Source: Rhynchobatus australiae (lineage: Eukaryota). From it: a stretch of DNA of 64,000 bases. This document shows positions 13,600 through 25,730 of the stretch, piece by piece. Numbering within the stretch: position 1 is the stretch's first letter; every line of letters starts with the position of its first letter. The stretch covers positions 66,954,649 to 67,018,648 of the forward strand of contig JAUZTB010000118.1 of assembly GCA_034780895.1 (NCBI GenBank), in the 5' to 3' direction. The position numbers and the translations under genes are program-made. The notes below the pieces were generated by a model. It saw nothing but the letters and a program-made list of their open reading frames with translations, made no database searches and was not told the origin of the DNA.

Positions 13600-13790
13600 A
13601 GACAACCATTTGGGCAGCTGAGATGTTGCAAGTGGTTTTGCCACATAGGTGATTCCTGGGCAGACTATCTGGTGGTGTCCATTTCCCCTTTGGGTCAAGC
13701 TTAATGTATCTGATGTTCCTAGACAACATCCCAGTTAACTACTAACCAGGCCTGAGCTAGCTTAGCTTCTGAGATGAGACAAGATCAGAC
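13600..13790 (-). mobile_element. 5S rRNA-derived SINE-like relic or 5S pseudogene
   Basis: 13790-13727 reads GTCTGATCTTGTCTCATCTCAGAAGCTAAGCTAGCTCAGGCCTGGTTAGTAGTTAACTGGGA, matching the 5S internal region (box A AGCTAAGC through GCCTGGTTAGTA). Confidence 0.7.
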
Positions 13791-16700
13791 TTCTCCAAAG
13801 AAATAACAATATACATTTAGGTATTAGAAAACAGAAATATAAATGTATAAACATAAATATTTTGCTTCTAGTTTGTGGTTATTGTAAATTAAGTACTTAT
13901 AAAGGCAAATTTGAACTTGTGTATGCTACATTGCCTATTAATGACACCAATATAGTATAGAGCTGCAGAACCACTTCTACAATTAAGTTCCAACAAAACA
14001 TATCCCTCTAACTATGACCCTGTTCTTGCTCCTCCATACCCTAACCAAACTGATTTGGTGGACAATACCAGCCAAAATAAAGTGCATCATCATGATGCCA
14101 CTTATTAGAACCAAAGTAGCAGCATCCACATTGTGGCAATGGAAGATTTTCTGACTGCCAATTTCACTACCGCCATTCATTGAGCAAACAAATAATACTC
14201 TGGCTACCTGTAGAAGGGTGTACAGGAGAATGGATAGGTGAAGATTTCCATACTGAATCACAAGGGAGAGCAAATACGTAACCACCCCTATAGAATAAAA
14301 GGGCTTCAATGGAAGGTCATTGTTCCAGCTCTATTGGCCTAAAAGAGGGCCCTTGGTANNNNNNNNNNGATCTCCTTGGTACTTAATTTAGCAATGATGA
14401 AACCTCCACTCAATCTAGTGGGATATTTGATTCACTGCTAACTATTAAGTAGTGTTTTAAGAATCCTTTGCAAGTCTGTTGAAATCAAGATCCCATGCAC
14501 AATATTGTCAAAGAGCAGGAGTGCAATCCTAACTTCATTAAATGTTTCTAAGTTACTTGGAGTATATGATACACTTGCTTGAACTATTTTTTACTTCTGA
14601 CCAACCTAAACAGTGGTTTCTTAAAGGCTGTTCAATAAAAAAAAACATTCAAAACTTCAATGAATATGTTAAGTTGAGAGAAGGAGTGTTTCTCCTAGTT
14701 CCACAAACAAAATGGTGGTTATTGCCTCAAACTTAAAACTCTGCTGATCATCTTCCTCTGCCTCAGACTCAGGTATGTTTCAATGCAGTGAGCAGTATTG
14801 CTAGGCTCTACTGACAAGTTGCATTGTTGCCTGATTGACACTCAGCTCCCCTAAGGAAATAACAACAAAGTTCAGGATTGTCCTTGCAATGTTTGCACTG
14901 AGTCATCACCAGAATCATGTCCAATATGGGGAATTAAATAATTTAGGTCCTCAGATGAATCCAATTGATTTCTTTATTACTGCTTTGACATTANNNNNNN
15001 NNNNNNNNNNNNNNNNNNNNNNNNNNNNNNNNNNNNNNNNNNNNNNNNNNNNNNNNNNNNNNNNNNNNNNNNNNNNNNNNNNNNNNNNNNNNNNNNNNNN
15101 NNNNNNNNNNNNNNNNNNNNNNNNNNNNNNNNNNNNNNNNNNNNNNNNNNNNNNNNNNNNNNNNNNNNNNNNNNNNNNNNNNNNNNNNNNNNNNNNNNNN
15201 NNNNNNNNNNNNNNNNNNNNNNNNNNNNNNNNNNNNNNNNNNNNNNNNNNNNNNNNNNNNNNNNNNNNNNNNNNNNNNNNNNNNNNNNNNNNNNNNNNNN
15301 NNNNNNNNNNNNNNNNNNNNNNNNNNNNNNNNNNNNNNNNNNNNNNNNNNNNNNNNNNNNNNNNNNNNNNNNNNNNNNNNNNNNNNNNNNNNNNNNNNNN
15401 NNNNNNNNNNNNNNNNNNNNNNNNNNNNNNNNNNNNNNNNNNNNNNNNNNNNNNNNNNNNNNNNNNNNNNNNNNNNNNNNNNNNNNNNNNNNNNNNNNNN
15501 NNNNNNNNNNNNNNNNNNNNNNNNNNNNNNNNNNNNNNNNNNNNNNNNNNNNNNNNNNNNNNNNNNNNNNNNNNNNNNNNNNNNNNNNNNNNGAATTAGC
15601 TACAACATATTTATGAGACAAAATTATGGGCACATAAACAAAAGTCCCCTGAAATTGTTTTGCATCGTCTTGCATTGAGGTATTGTGTCATCTACTAACA
15701 CATTCTAGAAAACTATGTATGTATCATACATTGTTGTCAATCTACTGATTTAATTAAGCACAAAAATCAAATGAGTTTTGTCTCCTATTTCTGAATTTCC
15801 ATTTTGAATCTTCAGATTTGCAATTATGAACTAATTATTTGCAATTATCCCCATCTTTCATTTATGATCTTATATGGCTCAATGTGGAAAACCAGGAGTG
15901 TAGTTATCCAAGTTACTGACATACAGTGATAACTCTGCTTGCTAAAAGATGGATACAGAATAAATAATCTAAATGAGATGCCTTTAGTAAGTTTGGTGAA
16001 TGAATTTTGTCTGATTAAAAAAAACTATGGTTATGTACAAAAGAAAGTCAGGCAATTTTAGGCTAGCATAGTTAGTCTTGAACCTTGTATGATGCAGAAT
16101 AAGAAAGAAATATAATCTCTCAAATATTGGGAACTTAACCTGCACTTGACTTGGCAGTGAATATATTCCATTTGTTACTGTTCACAGTGTAAATTTCAAG
16201 AGCACTATTCTCACAAAATAATTTGTATTGAGAAGCCAATACGTGCATTACTACTTATTTTGTCATTATATCAACAATAAGGTGAATCAGGCCTTGCAAT
16301 ACTATAGTTATACACTTTCAGATATTGCTCCTGGTTGCTGGCCTGGAGAGATGAATTTCCCACCTTGTATATCACACCAGCTTGTTATGTCATTGAAATC
16401 GATGGCCAAAACAATCAGATGAGTAGGTGATACTCTCTGGCAGGTTTATAAAAATGCTCTGAAAGTTTTACTGTGAGAAAATCAAAGCAAATGGGATGAA
16501 GGAGTAGGANNNNNNNNNNNNNNNNNNNNNNNNNNNNNNNNNNNNNNNNNNNNNNNNNNNNNNNNNNNNNNNNNNNNNNNNNNTTCAAGGAGTTATGCAA
16601 GAACAGCAGCAAAATAATATTGCATAGTTTTAGTTCTCCCAAGCTAGACTGGAATGAATGGCATTTATATGTATAGTCAGGAAGGCTTCCTAATCAGGTT

Positions 16701-17821
16701 CCTAAATCAAAGCACTGCAAATGCTTGAAATCTGAAAATTAAAGTGAGAAAATGCTGAAAACAGTCAGTTGGTATCTGATGGAAGAAAAATATTAACATG
16801 TCAGATCTGGGGTATTTCATTAGTTCTGACAAAGTGTTCTGGACTTGAAACATTAAGTGTTAATTATTTCTCTTTCCATAGATGCTGCCTGAAATCAGTC
16901 CATTCTTGGTAAATCTTGAAAGAGGAATAGCTTAAGTGCACCAAATAACTGATGTGAGGGAAGAAGAACTTTTTACAGCCACAACAGAATAATTCAATAT
17001 TAACATGGTCAAAAGGAGACAAGGAGCCATTGCTAGGCCAGTCACAGGTCAAGAGGTGGAGAGGACCCAGAGGATGTAGTGAGGATCAGGTGAAGTCTGA
17101 CCTTAAGGAGATGCAGCATCACTGGTGATGATGGAGAAAACTGAGGTTTGCAATTGACAATGGTTGTACTGGGTAGTGATAGGCCTGACAGGAACCCACA
17201 GTGAGGGGCAAGGAGAAAAATTAAAGGGAACCTATGGTCATAGGGCATAGTGTCTGGAGCCATCCTTGAGAAGGTAGATGGGGCAGATGAAGCAGATCTC
17301 AAATCCCTTGGATATAACTCATTGTAAAGGTCTACTTCTATGTGTTTGGTCTGCATCAACCCCCCAGGTCACAAACATGCAGGTTAGTAAGTCAGAATGC
17401 AAGTTGGAATCTCATTGGGCACCATTAATTTAAAGCCAGTAAAATGCCAATGAACTACAGATTTTGAATACATTCTTTCACAAAATAATCACGAGAGCAT
17501 GGAATTCTCGGGCACAGGGAATAGGTTAGGTACACATTGTTTGATCTTTTCAAAGATAAGTGCCAAACATTTGTAGGAGACAGTTACAGACTGGAAAGAG
17601 AAAGCTGGGCAGTGGGCTACAGTTTTGAATCATTCAATCAAATTGCTCAATCAGATACAATAGGATTAATGAGCTACCGGAAACTTCTGCAGTTCCTTGA
17701 TATGTTCACACCAAATATAAAACATTAGCATGACATTTTTATTCAATGTTGCAGTCTTTCAAAATAAAAGGATTATGAATACATTGTTTTATTGAAGTGT
17801 AGATCATGCAGTCAGTCCTAC

Positions 17822-18042
17822 CTGTACATTTATTCTCATTACACTCTTCACAGTTCGTAGGGCAGTGTTTACAAAGTCCATCTGAACTAGCATAATATTT
17901 CTTGGAGCATTTCATTTGACAACTTTTGTTCTCCAGAACGAGGGGCTTGACACAGGACTGGCAGTTTGTAGGACTAGCTTCACATTGTTCACAGGCATCA
18001 GCACACTTTATGCAGGTATTATCAGCAGTTATAAAATGTTGC
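17822..18042 (-). CDS. PCSK5: PCSK5 exon: QHFITADNTCIKCADACEQCEASPTNCQSCVKPLVLENKSCQMKCSKKYYASSDGLCKHCPTNCEECNENKCT
   Basis: ttAG acceptor, AG|GTAGGA donor, 221 nt, phase 2 to 1. Not in the ORF track. Confidence 0.95.
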
Positions 18043-18124
18043 CTAACAAAATGAGATAGTGTAATTTAGATACACATCTTACATATAAAATGATAACAAA
18101 ATAGAATCCAATTCAAAGAACGAC

Positions 18125-18412
18125 TACAAGCCATCCCTGGGNNNNNNNNNNNNNNNNNNNNNNNNTGTCCATAAGTCAGTAAATACACAAAGATCACTCG
18201 ATATGGTAACCATTACTTGACAGTATTTTAATAAATGGCATCAAAGACTGATAACAAAGAACAAAATGGAGAGAGTGAGGAAACTATTTCTGTCATTCGT
18301 AGGAATGAACAGACGTTCGTAAGTAGGACTTTTGAATGTAATAATATTATGAGAGTTTGTTAGTTCTACAGGTGTCCAAAAGTTGGGCGTTCATAACCCT
18401 GGGACAGCCTGT
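18125..18412. mobile_element. Tc1/mariner (Tigger-like) MITE
   Basis: Imperfect terminal inverted repeats TACAAGCCATCCCTGGG ... CCCTGGGACAGCCTGTA with TA at both ends. Contains a small gap. Confidence 0.55.
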
Positions 18413-19029
18413 AATCCAAATAAGTCATTACAGCTTCTCATGATAGTTTGTAATGCTTATAGTTCATCAGAAGTGACTGGAAGTCAAAATCATAAAGGCC
18501 GCAGTATCTTGTGAAGTTTTGATCTTGGTGGTTTGTGACTCCAGTAGTTCAAACCTCAATAAGATCAAACAATTTGGTATGGTAGTAGCACTGATCTGAT
18601 GGAAATTTTACAGTGCTGCGAATGACTTACAAAACAATGAAGATTTTGGGGCAGTAATTACACTTTTGAAATTGCTGTTCAACAGCATGAACATAGACAT
18701 AGTCCAAAATTAAAAGCTGCAAAGTGATATGGGTTGAGATGGATGATGACAAAAATGTTTATATAGTCTGTTTAAGGTCAGTTGATCTATGTTTATTACA
18801 TCTCATGCTTCCAAAACTTCAATGAATCCATGAGTAGCATGTAAAATCTCACAGTTAAAAAGCAGAAACTAATCCAGTGAAATTATCCAACAAATTACTT
18901 TGGTTATAAGCATTCTTCCCTCACTAACAATTTAGAATGCCTAAATTAAGGTTTACAAAAATAGTTTGTTTAAAAGAAGTGTATTTCAGTGTATGTATCA
19001 ATATGTATTCAGAATGGGCATCAAAAGCA

Positions 19030-19830
19030 AAACAAAAATCTGCTAGAAATTTGAAGTAAGAGAATGTTGGAAAGCATAACATGACAGGTAGCATCTAAGG
19101 AGAGATTAAACAGTTACTTTTTTAGGTTGATGGTTTTTCATTAGAATTGAGAAAAGTTAGAAATCTATGTGTTTTAATTTGCAAAAAAAAGGAGTGTAGA
19201 GCAAATAAAGGTTGAGATGGCTGGAGAGCAAGAGAGTGAGTGATGTTGCCAGCTGAGAGAGGGTGATAAACAACTGTTAATTGCAGAGTACCTGTCTGAA
19301 AATGTAGGTAGAAGAGGAACGAAAACAGGAGAAAGAGAGAAATATAGATCATGTTGGAAATGTGAGACGCAAAACAATGCACAAGCAAAACTCTGCAGAT
19401 GGTGGAAATCTGAACTAGCTAGAGAAAATGCTGGAAATATATTATAGGTTAGGTAGTGTCCACGGAGAAATAGTTAACATTACAGATTGATGACCTTTCA
19501 TCAGAACTGAATAATTCTGACATAAACTGGAAAGGCTGGTTAACTAAAACTGATGAATTTATATTGAGTCTAGAAGTCTATAATATTTCAAGTTGGAAGA
19601 TGGAATGCTGTTCCTTGAGCTTCCATTGGGCTTTGATGGAACAGTGCATGGGCAAAGATAGGGGTTAGAGTGCAAGCAGGAATGGAGAATTAAAGTGACA
19701 GTCACCTGGATGATTATTTTTAGCCTGTGAACTGAAGGGGGTGCTCTGCAAACTGTTCACCCAATCTACATTTGGATTTTCTAATAGGAGACCACATCTT
19801 GATCACTGTATGCAATATACTAAATTGGAA
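19030..19830 (-). mobile_element. Penelope-like element remnant: GIY-YIG fragment followed by two tandem terminal-repeat units
   Basis: Minus strand 19830-19730 reads SNLVYCIQ*SRCGLL...CRLGEQFAEH. Related repeat units at about 19390-19510 and 19030-19150. Confidence 0.65.
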
Positions 19831-20729
19831 GCTGCTTCTCCTTAAGGTATCAATTTGTCTGCTGAAAAGAGGCAATAATTGCTGCAGAATTAGAACTCTG
19901 ACACTGCAGAATAATTGCTGCAGTGTCAGAATTTTGCAACATGAGCATGTACAGAGTAGAGAATCTCTCAGCTACATCATTAGAATTCTTTCACTGCAAG
20001 AACTTGAGCCATATTAAAACAAAATGCATCCAGGAATCATACAAAGTCCAAATATTTTTAATGATTCTGTGATGAATGCTGCTTGCTAGTGACCGAAAGT
20101 ACTGGGCCATTGGAAGTAGGAAGCATTGAAAACAAAAGAGATCACAGTGAAGAGGTGAGAAAGTGGGTGGCATAATGAAGAAAGCAAAGGAATTAGTGAT
20201 AATAGCAACAGCCAAAAACTTGTGAAGAGCAAATTTATTTAGCATTAGCTGGAAAAGGTGACTCTGACTTTTAACATAGAGTCATGTGAGCAACTGCTTT
20301 TAGCGCTGAAGCAATTGCTTGTCAAACCATGTCAAACTAATTTGGAGATAAACCATTGGAATAAACTGTTATGCTGTGCTGAGCTTGGAGTGTGTATGTC
20401 TGTTCACTTCCTTGCCCACAACGTTACACAAAGAACCCACACACCAGGTGAAAATGAAAGCACAAAACTTACAAACAAAAGTAGGCTTTGGTCGACCCCT
20501 CCAAACATTCTTAAATCTACTGTGCAAAAATTATGTTTTTGTGCAATAGATAATTTTTCCAAATTGTTATATAACTGATGGGAGTGTTGGACGAGGCTGT
20601 AGCTTAACTTACACCAAGCACATTTCCCATTGCCCTTCCACTGTAACCAATATTTTCTAACCCAATGCACTGGGTTTCAGTTATTTTAGAGCAAAAAAAC
20701 TTGATTTGCAGATGTGATCCAAAAAAGTT

Positions 20730-21231
20730 GATATGTCACCAAAGACTCTTGTAAATTTCTACAGATGTACAGTGGAGAGCATTCTGACTGGCTATATCAT
20801 CACCTCGTTTGGAAGCTCCAATCTGCAGGATTGAAGGAGGCTGCAGAGGGTTGTAGACTCAGCTCCATCACAGGCACAACCCTCCTCACTATCTAGGACA
20901 TCTTCAAGAGGTGGTGTCGCAAGAAGGTGGCATCCATCATTAAGGACCCTCACCACCCAGGACATGCCCTCTTCACATTATTACCATCGGGGAGGAGGTA
21001 CAGGAGCCTGAAGATCCAGACTCTACATTTCAGGAACAGCTTCTTCCCCTCCTCCATTAGATTTCTGAACAGTCCACGAACCCATGAACACTACCTCGCT
21101 ATTCCGCTTTTGCACTATTTATTTATTTTTGTAACTTACAGTAATTTTTATATATTTATGTCTTGCACTGTACTGCTGCCACAAAACAACAAATTTCATG
21201 ATATATGTCAGTGATAATAAACCTGATTCTG
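20730..21231 (+). mobile_element. Rex1/Babar-type LINE 3' end
   Basis: Remnants L.NFYRCTVESILTG and ASIIKDPHHPGHALFTLLPSGRRYRSLK...FRNSFFP, then AATAAACCTGATTCTG tail. Confidence 0.85.
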
Positions 21232-21864
21232 NNNNNNNNNNNNNNNNNNNNNNNNNNNNNNNNNNNNNNNNNNNNNNNNNNNNNNNNNNNNNNNNNNNNN
21301 NNNNNNNNNNNNNNNNNNNNNNNNNNNNNNNNNNNNNNNNNNNNNNNNNNNNNNNNNNNNNNNNNNNNNNNNNNNNNNNNNNNNNNNNNNNNNNNNNNNN
21401 NNNNNNNNNNNNNNNNNNNNNNNNNNNNNNNNNNNNNNNNNNNNNNNNNNNNNNNNNNNNNNNNNNNNNNNNNNNNNNNNNNNNNNNNNNNNNNNNNNNN
21501 NNNNNNNNNNNNNNNNNNNNNNNNNNNNNNNNNNNNNNNNNNNNNNNNNNNNNNNNNNNNNNNNNNNNNNNNNNNNNNNNNNNNNNNNNNNNNNNNNNNN
21601 NNNNNNNNNNNNNNNNNNNNNNNNNNNNNNNNNNNNNNNNNNNNNNNNNNNNNNNNNNNNNNNNNNNNNNNNNNNNNNNNNNNNNNNNNNNNNNNNNNNN
21701 NNNNNNNNNNNNNNNNNNNNNNNNNNNNNNNNNNNNNNNNNNNNNNNNNNNNNNNNNNNNNNNNNNNNNNNNNNNNNNNNNNNNNNNNNNNNNNNNNNNN
21801 NNNNNNNNNNNNNNNNNNNNNNNNNNNNNNNNNNNNNNNNNNNNNNNNNNNNNNNNNNNNNNNN

Positions 21865-21944
21865 CTCACACTTTGCAGTGATTGGATTCGCAAAGGTTTG
21901 ATCTGGACAACTCTTGACACATTCTTCATTGTCGAGGTACAATC
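21865..21944 (-). CDS. PCSK5: PCSK5 exon, 5' part only: (G)LYLDNEECVKSCPDQTFANPITAKCE
   Basis: ctAG acceptor (21946-21945), phase 1. Remainder lies in N run 21232-21864. Confidence 0.9.
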
Positions 21945-22009
21945 CTAGGTATTACAAGAAATAATGCTTTTAATTATGAATTATTCTTAAGGCTATATCT
22001 AATTTATAG

Positions 22010-22275
22010 GATGAACTTATGGCAATCTTTCAAAAGAAAGTTAGGAAGAGTTCAAAGCCAGCATGTTCTGGTAAGGGTGAAAGGCAAAGATGGCAAGATT
22101 AGGGAACTTTGGATTACAGAGGATATTGAAGATTTGATCAGGAAACAAAAGGAAGCATATGCTAGGTATAGGCAACTGGAATCGGATAGCTCTCAAGGGA
22201 TCTAAAGGGTGCAGGAGAAAACTTAAGAAAGCAATGAGGAGGGGAAAAAGGGGCAATGAAACATCCTTGCCTGGT
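22010..22275 (+). mobile_element. CR1 LINE internal ORF2 fragment
   Basis: Remnant RVQSQHV.VRVKGKDGKIRE.WIT.DIEDLIRK.KEAYARYRQL. Confidence 0.65.
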
Positions 22276-24110
22276 AAGAATGATAAGAAAGAACAATTAC
22301 TAAAAGTGGAGAGGAAGAGGAAACTAGTTCTGCCATTCATAGGAATGAATGTATGGACATACATAGGAATTTTGAATGTAATAAGATTATGAATGTTCGT
22401 TAGTATCTACAGGTGTCCAAAAGTTGGGTGTTCATAACCAGGGTACAGCCTGTAATCCAAATGAGCCATTCCAGCTCCTCACAATACTTTATTATGCTTA
22501 TAACTCATCAGAAATGACTGGAAGTAGTAACTCTTCAGCAGACTAAAACACCAATATTTTCTCTNNNNNNNNNNNNNNNNNNNNNNNNNNNNNNNNNNNN
22601 NNNNNNNNNNNNNNNNNNNNNNNNNNNNNNNNNNNNNNNNNNNNNNNNNNNNNNNNNNNNNNNNNNNNNNNNNNNNNNNNNNNNNNNNNNNNNNNNNNNN
22701 NNNNNNNNNNNNNNNNNNNNNNNNNNNNNNNNNNNNNNNNTTTTTGGGCATTAATTACAATTTTGAAGATATTGCTTAACACGATGAACATAGGCAGGAC
22801 CCAAAATGAAAAGCTGCCAAGTGATATGGGTTGAGATGGATGGTGACAAAAACATTTATCTAGCCTGTTTAAGGTCAGCTGATTTAATGTTTTAAATTTT
22901 CCTGCAATATGTTTTCTACATAACCAATGCAAGAATTATTAAATGTAAGCATTTTTTATTCCTGGCACATTTATGACATAAGAACATCTCAGTTGTTAAC
23001 TATGCTACAATATCTAACTGGATGCATCTTCTTAAGACTTTCTAAGAAACCAGTTGTGGCATTACCCTTTAAATAGCTGGATTTAATCTAATGCCTTTAT
23101 CCTGCCTGAGGACAGGAAAATGAAATACTCAGTCTCCCTGGTGGCTGCAAGTATTCTACTTGCATTAATCCATCTCAGCTCAGTTCTGAATGGGAGTGTC
23201 TCCCAACTCAAGAACCTTCAAAATATGGTGGGTTATTGTAACCAAGTTGATTGTTTCACTCACACAGGTCATTAAGATTGATAAAGTGGTATGAGGAAAA
23301 GTCTTAATTAGGTGTGTATATCTGCAGTAGGGACTAGGGGATACTGTAGTGATAAATGGATTTTAAATTTAGTCAATGTCATGCCTGATCTAAGGGTGCT
23401 TGATGTTGGCATCTGATGCCAAAAATTAGGAAAGTGTTGGATTGCCCAAATGTGATAAACCAATCAAAAAAAACTAGAAAATGTTGCTTTTTGTATGACT
23501 TCAAATGAAAGGAACTACTATTAACAAAACATGCCTGAAGAAGACTGGTGCTTTAANNNNNNNNNNNNNNNNNNNNNNNNNNNNNNNNNNNNNNNNNNNN
23601 NNNNNNNNNNNNNNNNNNNNNNNNNNNNNNNNNNNNNNNNNNNNNNNNNNNNNNNNATACAATTAGTGTAACACACTGAGTTCTGTATTTTCTTCATCCA
23701 GCTTGGTTTTGCACTAACTCTGCACTGAATTTGTATTCTGCATATAATGTTTTTTGTACTATTTGTACTTGCACAAATTTTTTGTCTGCATTTATTGTAT
23801 GTCTTCTGATTTATGTTGTGAGAGTCTGGGGGAGACGACATTTTGTTCCTCTGCTTTTATAGCATATAAAGTAAATTGAACTTGATCTGTGGGATATTAA
23901 CAGTTAATATTTGAAGTTAACCACCTCCCACAGAGAACTAGGAAAAGTTGGAAATCAAACATGCTAGAAATGAAATAAAGGAGAACATGTTTCAGCATGG
24001 TCAGTTTTTTTAAAAATAATTCTCACTTTAGTTTTGATTAAAATATCAGCCTTGTTATGAAAAGAGGCAAAAATCTCTCTCCAAATTGTGGAAAATTTTC
24101 ATTTATTTAC

Positions 24111-24227
24111 CTCTTCCAACTGTCTTGATTTTTGCAAGATTTGTTTATTGAGAGATGCAACTTGTCTTCGATATTGCTGAGTAGCTCCAAGCCGCTCAGG
24201 GCGATCTTCAGCTGAAAGCTCAGATTG
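24111..24227 (-). pseudogene. CCDC93: Isolated CCDC93-like exon copy: [39 protein letters not shown]
   Basis: 117 nt open frame, phase 0 to 0, ttacAG acceptor with T-rich tract, GAG|GTAAAT donor. Closely resembles recalled human CCDC93 [39 protein letters not shown]. No other CCDC93 exon seen in the window. Confidence 0.8.
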
Positions 24228-24774
24228 CTGTAATTGTAAAAAGTCGCTTAAAAAAAACAGATCACTTTACTGCAATGGAGACAAGAGACTGCAGATGCTG
24301 GAATTTGGAGCAACACACAAAAAGCTGGAGGAACTCAATAGGTTAGGCAGCATCTATGGAGAGAAATTGACAGTTGATTTTTGGGTCGAGACCCTTCATC
24401 TGGACTCACCTATCTCCAGAACAAACAGATGGCCACAGCAGGGAGGGGGTAACTGAGTAGGCAGTGGAAAAATAAAAACATTTACTTTTAATGCTCAAGA
24501 TGTTGCAGTGAAACTGGAAATCAAAACATTAATAAAGGGGAGTAACTCCGGTAACTGGTAACAATGGCAACACTGATAGATTTCCAGCATCTGCAGTCTC
24601 AATCGTTTCCATTGATAGAAGGGAATATATGCTCGTAACTGAGCCAGCGTTGTCATCATATCCCAAGTCAGAAGGTCTAAGTGCCAAGCAAAACACATCT
24701 TAGCCTCAAGGTGGTGAAAAATTTCCACTCTGTGGAGGACCTTTGTTCTGCCCTACGGCTATGATGGTCAGAAA

Positions 24775-25730
24775 ATAGAACACAGAACAGTACAGCACAG
24801 TACAGGCCCTTCGGCCCACGATGTGGTGCCGACCTATATAAACCTACTTCATGATCAATCTAACCCTTTCCTCCTACATAGCCCATAACCCTCCATTTTT
24901 CTTGCATCTATGTGCCTATCCAAGAGTCTTTTAAATGTCCATATTGTTATCAACTCTACCACCACCCCCGGCAGTGTGTTCCAGGCACGGACCACTCGTG
25001 TAAAAAAAAACCTACCTCTGACATCTCCCCTAAACTTTCCTCCACTCATCTTAAACAGAGGTCCTCTGGCATTGGCCGCTGCCACCCTGGGAAAAAGGTG
25101 CTGGCTGTCCACTATCTATCCCTTTCATAATCTTAGACACCTTTATCAAGTCGCCTCCCATCCTTGTTTGCTCTAAAGAAAAAAGCCCGAGCTCTCTCAA
25201 CCTTTCCTCATAGGGCATGTTCTCTAATCCAGGCAGTATCCTGGTAAATCTCCTCTGCACCCTCTCTAAAGCTTCCACATCCTTCCTACAGTGAAACGAC
25301 CAGAACTGAACACCGTTCTCCAAGTGTGGTCCAACCAGAGTTTTATACAAACATTATCTCGTGGCTCTTGAACCCAATCCCCTGATTAATGAAGGTTAGA
25401 ACACCATACGCCTTCTTAACCACCCTATCAACTTGTCTGGCAGCTTTGAGGGATCTATGGACTTGGACCCCATGATCCCTGTTCCTCCATGCTGCTAAGA
25501 ATCCTATCATCGACCTTGTACTCTGCCTCCAAGTTTGATTTTCCAAAGTGTATCACTTCACTTTTCCAGATTGAACTCCATCTGCCACTTCTCCACCCAA
25601 ATCCGCATCTTGTCTATATCCCATTGTAACCTATGACAACCTTCTACACTATCCACAACACCTCCAACCTTCGTGTCATCTGCAAACTTACCAACCCACC
25701 CTTCCACTTTCTCATCCAAGTCATTTATAA
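24775..25730 (-). mobile_element. 5'-truncated, relatively young CR1 LINE
   Basis: Remnants LYKTLVGPHLE..VQFWS...RKDVEALERVQRRFTRILPGLE and FF.TRVVRAWNTLP. 3' tail at 24775. Confidence 0.92.

Noticed and set aside
19872-19932. Short fold-back (ATAATTGCTGCAG repeated; CTGACACTGCAG...CTGCAGTGTCAG)
   Set aside because: Small local inverted duplication at an element edge, with no evidence of function.
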